NCBI GenBank assembly: GCA_965197475.1
Contig: CBDANF010000003.1
Location: 2,400,001-2,464,000, forward strand
DNA from: Candidatus Poribacteria bacterium
Lineage (GTDB): Bacteria; Poribacteria; WGA-4E; WGA-3G
Reading direction: 5' to 3'
Length of the DNA stretch: 64,000 nucleotides
The position numbers were made by a program, and so were the translations under genes. A model generated the notes under the pieces. That model did not search any database. It was not told the DNA's origin and saw only the letters and a list, made by a program, of their open reading frames with translations. How positions within the stretch are numbered: position 1 is the first letter of the stretch; each line of letters begins with the position of its first letter. Positions 60,551-64,000 of this stretch are shown here, one piece after another.

Positions 60551-61321
60551 TTAGATTTCTTTAAAATAATTCAGAACTGTGTTATGCAGGATTCCATTGG
60601 TTGCTACCAGTGAAGCAGTGTCTTTCGAAATGGCTTGTCCCTGTATATCCGTCACCTTCCCACCAGCTTCCCGCACAATAACAGTAATCGCCGCAATGTC
60701 CCAGATACTAATCGCCGCTTCAATCACTGCATCCACTCTGCCAGAAGCCACGAGGTGATACATATAGAAATCTCCGAATCCTCTGGAGCGAGCAGCAGCA
60801 TTGATAAGATTACATATCCCTCCAAGCATATCTTTTTCGGCAAACCATTTCAATCCGCCGTGGCAGATCATTGCATCTGCAGGCTGCGAAACATAGGAAA
60901 CCTTGATCAGTTCGCCATTTAGAAATGCCCCTTTGCCGACCTCAGCATAGAGAAGTTCGTTCAATAATGGCGCGTTGGAAACACCAAGGATGAGTTCTTC
61001 ATCTTTCATCAGTGCGATCTGTGTCCCGAAGATAGGGATTTTCCGAATATAGTTCTTAGTAGCATCAATCGGGTCAATAATCCACATATAAGGTGATGTG
61101 CCTTCTTGTGTTCCATATTCTTCGCCTAAGAATCCGTGGTCGGGAAATGCTTGCTTGATGGTCTCGCGGATAGCTTTTTCTGCTTCGGTATCGGCGCGGG
61201 TGACCGGTGTTTCATCTGCTTTAAGTTCAACTTTTAATACATCGCTTTTGTAGTATGATGTGATGATCTCTTCTGCATTTTTGACTGCCGCTAACGCGAC
61301 AGTTAAAAAATCACTTGTCAT
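60551..61321 (-). CDS. Inositol monophosphatase family protein (HisN-like)
   Basis: KADETPVTRAD, GEE, WIIDPIDATKNY, GD...Y..VASG, WDIAA. Confidence 0.9.
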   Translation of the reverse strand: MTSDFLTVALAAVKNAEEIITSYYKSDVLKVELKADETPVTRADTEAEKAIRETIKQAFPDHGFLGEEYGTQEGTSPYMWIIDPIDATKNYIRKIPIFGTQIALMKDEELILGVSNAPLLNELLYAEVGKGAFLNGELIKVSYVSQPADAMICHGGLKWFAEKDMLGGICNLINAAARSRGFGDFYMYHLVASGRVDAVIEAAISIWDIAAITVIVREAGGKVTDIQGQAISKDTASLVATNGILHNTVLNYFKEI

Positions 61322-61436
61322 GAATTCTCCTATTGGCTGGTGGTATTTATAGTAGATGTTCAATTAACGATACACCTTGATCAGCGCGCTTACAAAACGC
61401 GCCTACAGAGAAGAAGCTGTTAGTTTTCCCATAATA

Positions 61437-61811
61437 CTATTCTGAATGTGTTTTCCAAAACCACCGCGTCACTTTTGAGAAAAACGGACGATGCTTAGCA
61501 ACAAACTGATAGACAGCTTCTGATAAGAGGGCAAACCCAGGCAGATTGTTGTAAGACCACAGGAGAAAACGGTTATCTAAGGCTCGTAGAACTGCCTCGG
61601 CACCCGAAAAAATCTGTCCGTTTTCTAAAATTAACTTCACTGAGGTTTGGAATACGGAAATTGGTATCTCTGGAAATTCCGCGGTCACCTGTTGATAAGA
61701 GGCATAATCTATACGATCTTGGGTGACGTGTTGCCATCGAGCAATCCAATATCTGCAGAAATCGCAGGCACCATCGTAAACAAGGAGTGGTTTGTTAATT
61801 TGTGATCCCAT
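61437..61811 (-). CDS. DCC1/DUF393-like thiol-disulfide oxidoreductase
   Basis: LVYDGACDFC; GAEAV; YQFVAKHR. Confidence 0.85.
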   Translation of the reverse strand: MGSQINKPLLVYDGACDFCRYWIARWQHVTQDRIDYASYQQVTAEFPEIPISVFQTSVKLILENGQIFSGAEAVLRALDNRFLLWSYNNLPGFALLSEAVYQFVAKHRPFFSKVTRWFWKTHSE

Positions 61812-61889
61812 TAGAAATTACCAAGATACTTGTCAATCCGCGAAAGGTGTTTGCATGTCCGGGTGTATTGAAAAATTTCCATGTATTTC

Positions 61890-63698
61890 CTATCTCTTTT
61901 GTGGAACGTTCCACAGCAGAATAGTTCCATCCCAACTTCCACTTGCAAGAGTTTTACTATCTGGAGAGAATGCTATTGACTTGATACTCCATTTATGGCC
62001 GGAATAGGTTCGCTTTAGCTTCCCAGTTTTTGCATCCCACAAACGGATCCGTTCATCATCACCTACACCAGCAAGGGTTTTGCCATCTGGAGAATACGCT
62101 ATGAAATCAGCAACATCGTCATGCCATTCAAGATTACGTCTGTTTCGTCCGAGACTTAAAATAGACTTAAAAACTTCAAACTTTGTTGAATGTTGTTCAA
62201 ACGTCTGCTTATTTTCTCCTGTCTTTGCATCCCATAACTGAATACGCCGCCCTGCAGTCGCAAGCAATTTCCCATCCGAGGAATATGCTATTGAAAATCC
62301 ACTGCCTGTATCAGGTAGAGTCAGTTTGAGTTCTCCTGTAATAACATCCCACAAGCGGATTGTGTGGTCATTACCTGCACTCGCTAACATTTTACCGTCA
62401 GGAGAAAATGTCACAGAACGGATATCATCTGTATGCCCTTTGAGTGTCAATATTTGTTTTCCGGTATCTGTATCCCACAATCGGAGCTCACCGTCCCAAC
62501 TTCCACTCGCTAATGTGCGATTGTTTGGTGAAAATGCCACAGAATTTATACCATTTTTATGTCCTTCAAGAGTCAACTTGTGCTGTTTGGTATCTACATC
62601 CCATAACAGAATCGCGTAGCCACTTGCACTTGCTAACGTTTTACCGTCTGGAGAATACGTAACGGAACCAATTGTTCCTCTATGTCCTTTAATGGTTAAC
62701 TTGTGTTTTGCTGTACCAACGTCCCATAAAAGAATTGTTCCATCCCAATTCATACTGACAAGCGTTTTACCATCTGGAGAATATGTAACCTCTTGAACCG
62801 AACTCCCATACGGGAAAAGTGTCTGCTCCAGTTCCTCTGTCGCTACATTCCACAACTGGATGTTCGCGCCATTACCACTTCCACCTGCAACGAGGGTTTG
62901 ACCATCAGGACTAAATGCTACAGAATTGACACGGCCTTTGTATCCAGAAATAGTATGTTTGAGTTGTCCGGTGTTAGCATCCCATAAACGAACCGTCTGG
63001 TCCCTACTTCCGCTCGCAACAACATTGCTATTTGGTGAAAACGCTATTGAATTAACCCGATGTGCATGTCCTAAAGCGGTTGCTTTGAGTTGTCCGGTGT
63101 TAGCATCCCACAAACGAACCGTGTGGTCCCAACTTCCACTCGCGATCGTATTGCTGTCTGGAGAAATAGCAACTGTATAAATTTTTTCTGTATGTCCTGT
63201 AAAAGTTCTTTTGAGTTTCCCAGTCCCTAAATCCCACAAACGAATAGTTCGCTCATCACCTGCACTGACAAGTGTGTTCCCATCCGGAGAAAACACTATA
63301 GAGCGAATATTACTTGTATGACCGAAAAGTATTTTCTCCTGTTTCCCTGTCCTGATATTCCAAAGCCGAATCGTATACTCATCTCCCAAGCCACTGCCGC
63401 CAGCAACTGTTATCCCATCCGGAGAGAAAGCAACACAATGAACGGCATTCGCGTGTCCAGTAAGCAGATTCACTTCCGCGCCAGTATGTGCATTATAAAT
63501 CCACACTCCAATACTACTTGCGACTGCCAACAGAGTGCCATTGGGAGAATACGCTATATCTTCTGCATCCCCTTTACCGAGACGCGCTTTTGCACCGTTA
63601 GGTAAACTGAACAAAGTATAGTCCTGGGCAGATGTATTTGGTAAGAATAACAGAAAAAGCAAGGATAGGGTGATGAGAAATTGATAGATTGTTTTCAT
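61890..63698 (-). CDS. Secreted WD40 repeat protein
   Basis: Signal peptide TSA-QDY..LPNGAKARLGKG; about 13 repeats. Confidence 0.93.
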   Translation of the reverse strand: MKTIYQFLITLSLLFLLFLPNTSAQDYTLFSLPNGAKARLGKGDAEDIAYSPNGTLLAVASSIGVWIYNAHTGAEVNLLTGHANAVHCVAFSPDGITVAGGSGLGDEYTIRLWNIRTGKQEKILFGHTSNIRSIVFSPDGNTLVSAGDERTIRLWDLGTGKLKRTFTGHTEKIYTVAISPDSNTIASGSWDHTVRLWDANTGQLKATALGHAHRVNSIAFSPNSNVVASGSRDQTVRLWDANTGQLKHTISGYKGRVNSVAFSPDGQTLVAGGSGNGANIQLWNVATEELEQTLFPYGSSVQEVTYSPDGKTLVSMNWDGTILLWDVGTAKHKLTIKGHRGTIGSVTYSPDGKTLASASGYAILLWDVDTKQHKLTLEGHKNGINSVAFSPNNRTLASGSWDGELRLWDTDTGKQILTLKGHTDDIRSVTFSPDGKMLASAGNDHTIRLWDVITGELKLTLPDTGSGFSIAYSSDGKLLATAGRRIQLWDAKTGENKQTFEQHSTKFEVFKSILSLGRNRRNLEWHDDVADFIAYSPDGKTLAGVGDDERIRLWDAKTGKLKRTYSGHKWSIKSIAFSPDSKTLASGSWDGTILLWNVPQKR

Positions 63699-63775
63699 CT
63701 TGCATATTTCCTTTTATTGTAAAATCTAAAGGGTTGTATGTCGGACGTATATTGGAATATTTCCATCTAATTGTT

Positions 63776-64000
63776 CTATTCATTTTTTGGAACGTCCCAC
63801 AGCAGAATTGTGCCATCATCACTGCCACTGGCGAGGGTTTTACCATCTGGACTGAACGCCACCGAACTAATCCCACCTGTATGTCCAGAGAGTGTTTTCA
63901 AGTGTTTGCCCGTACTGGTATTCCATAAGCGGACGGTTTTGTCATAACTACCGGAAGCAATAGTTTCTCCATTGGCGGAAAAGCGTACAGTTGTGATAGT
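63776..64000 (-). CDS. 3' end of a WD40 repeat protein (runs off the window)
   Basis: [13 protein letters not shown]...[36 protein letters not shown]. Confidence 0.88.
   Translation of the reverse strand, partial: TITTVRFSANGETIASGSYDKTVRLWNTSTGKHLKTLSGHTGGISSVAFSPDGKTLASGSDDGTILLWDVPKNE

Overview
This is a 64-kb bacterial chromosomal window. The gene content (massive WD40 expansion with a shared 'DYTxWxLPxGAxARLGKG' N-cap, three PhyH dioxygenases, LpxI, an ECF-TM-WD40 fusion) suggests a Candidatus Poribacteria-like sponge symbiont; this is inference. Housekeeping and metabolic genes (GH127, mutL, truD, coaD, lpxI, IMPase/hisN-like, amidohydrolases, a TonB receptor, ABC transporters) are interspersed with about 11 WD40 genes plus remnants, roughly a third of the window. 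No rRNA, tRNA or CRISPR array was seen. The intergenic DNA is dominated by transposase-less miniature elements of several terminal-inverted-repeat (TIR) families. These include a four-layer nested element (19761-20292), a MITE that splits a WD40 gene (13402-13684), two MITEs whose TTA target duplication coincides with a stop codon, and ISAs1 derivatives. Best candidates for undescribed biology: (1) a 4.3-kb composite transposon bounded by two inverted MITEs with a shared outer 5-bp duplication (46341-50634), carrying a long structured leader and three envelope genes; (2) a UvrD helicase with a degenerate RecJ-like DHH domain inserted, which itself holds an intact DEDDh exonuclease; (3) defence-like genes at 45-60 kb (orphan MTase, PRTase-DprA pair, HNH-WYL fusion). 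All calls were made by eye without database searches.
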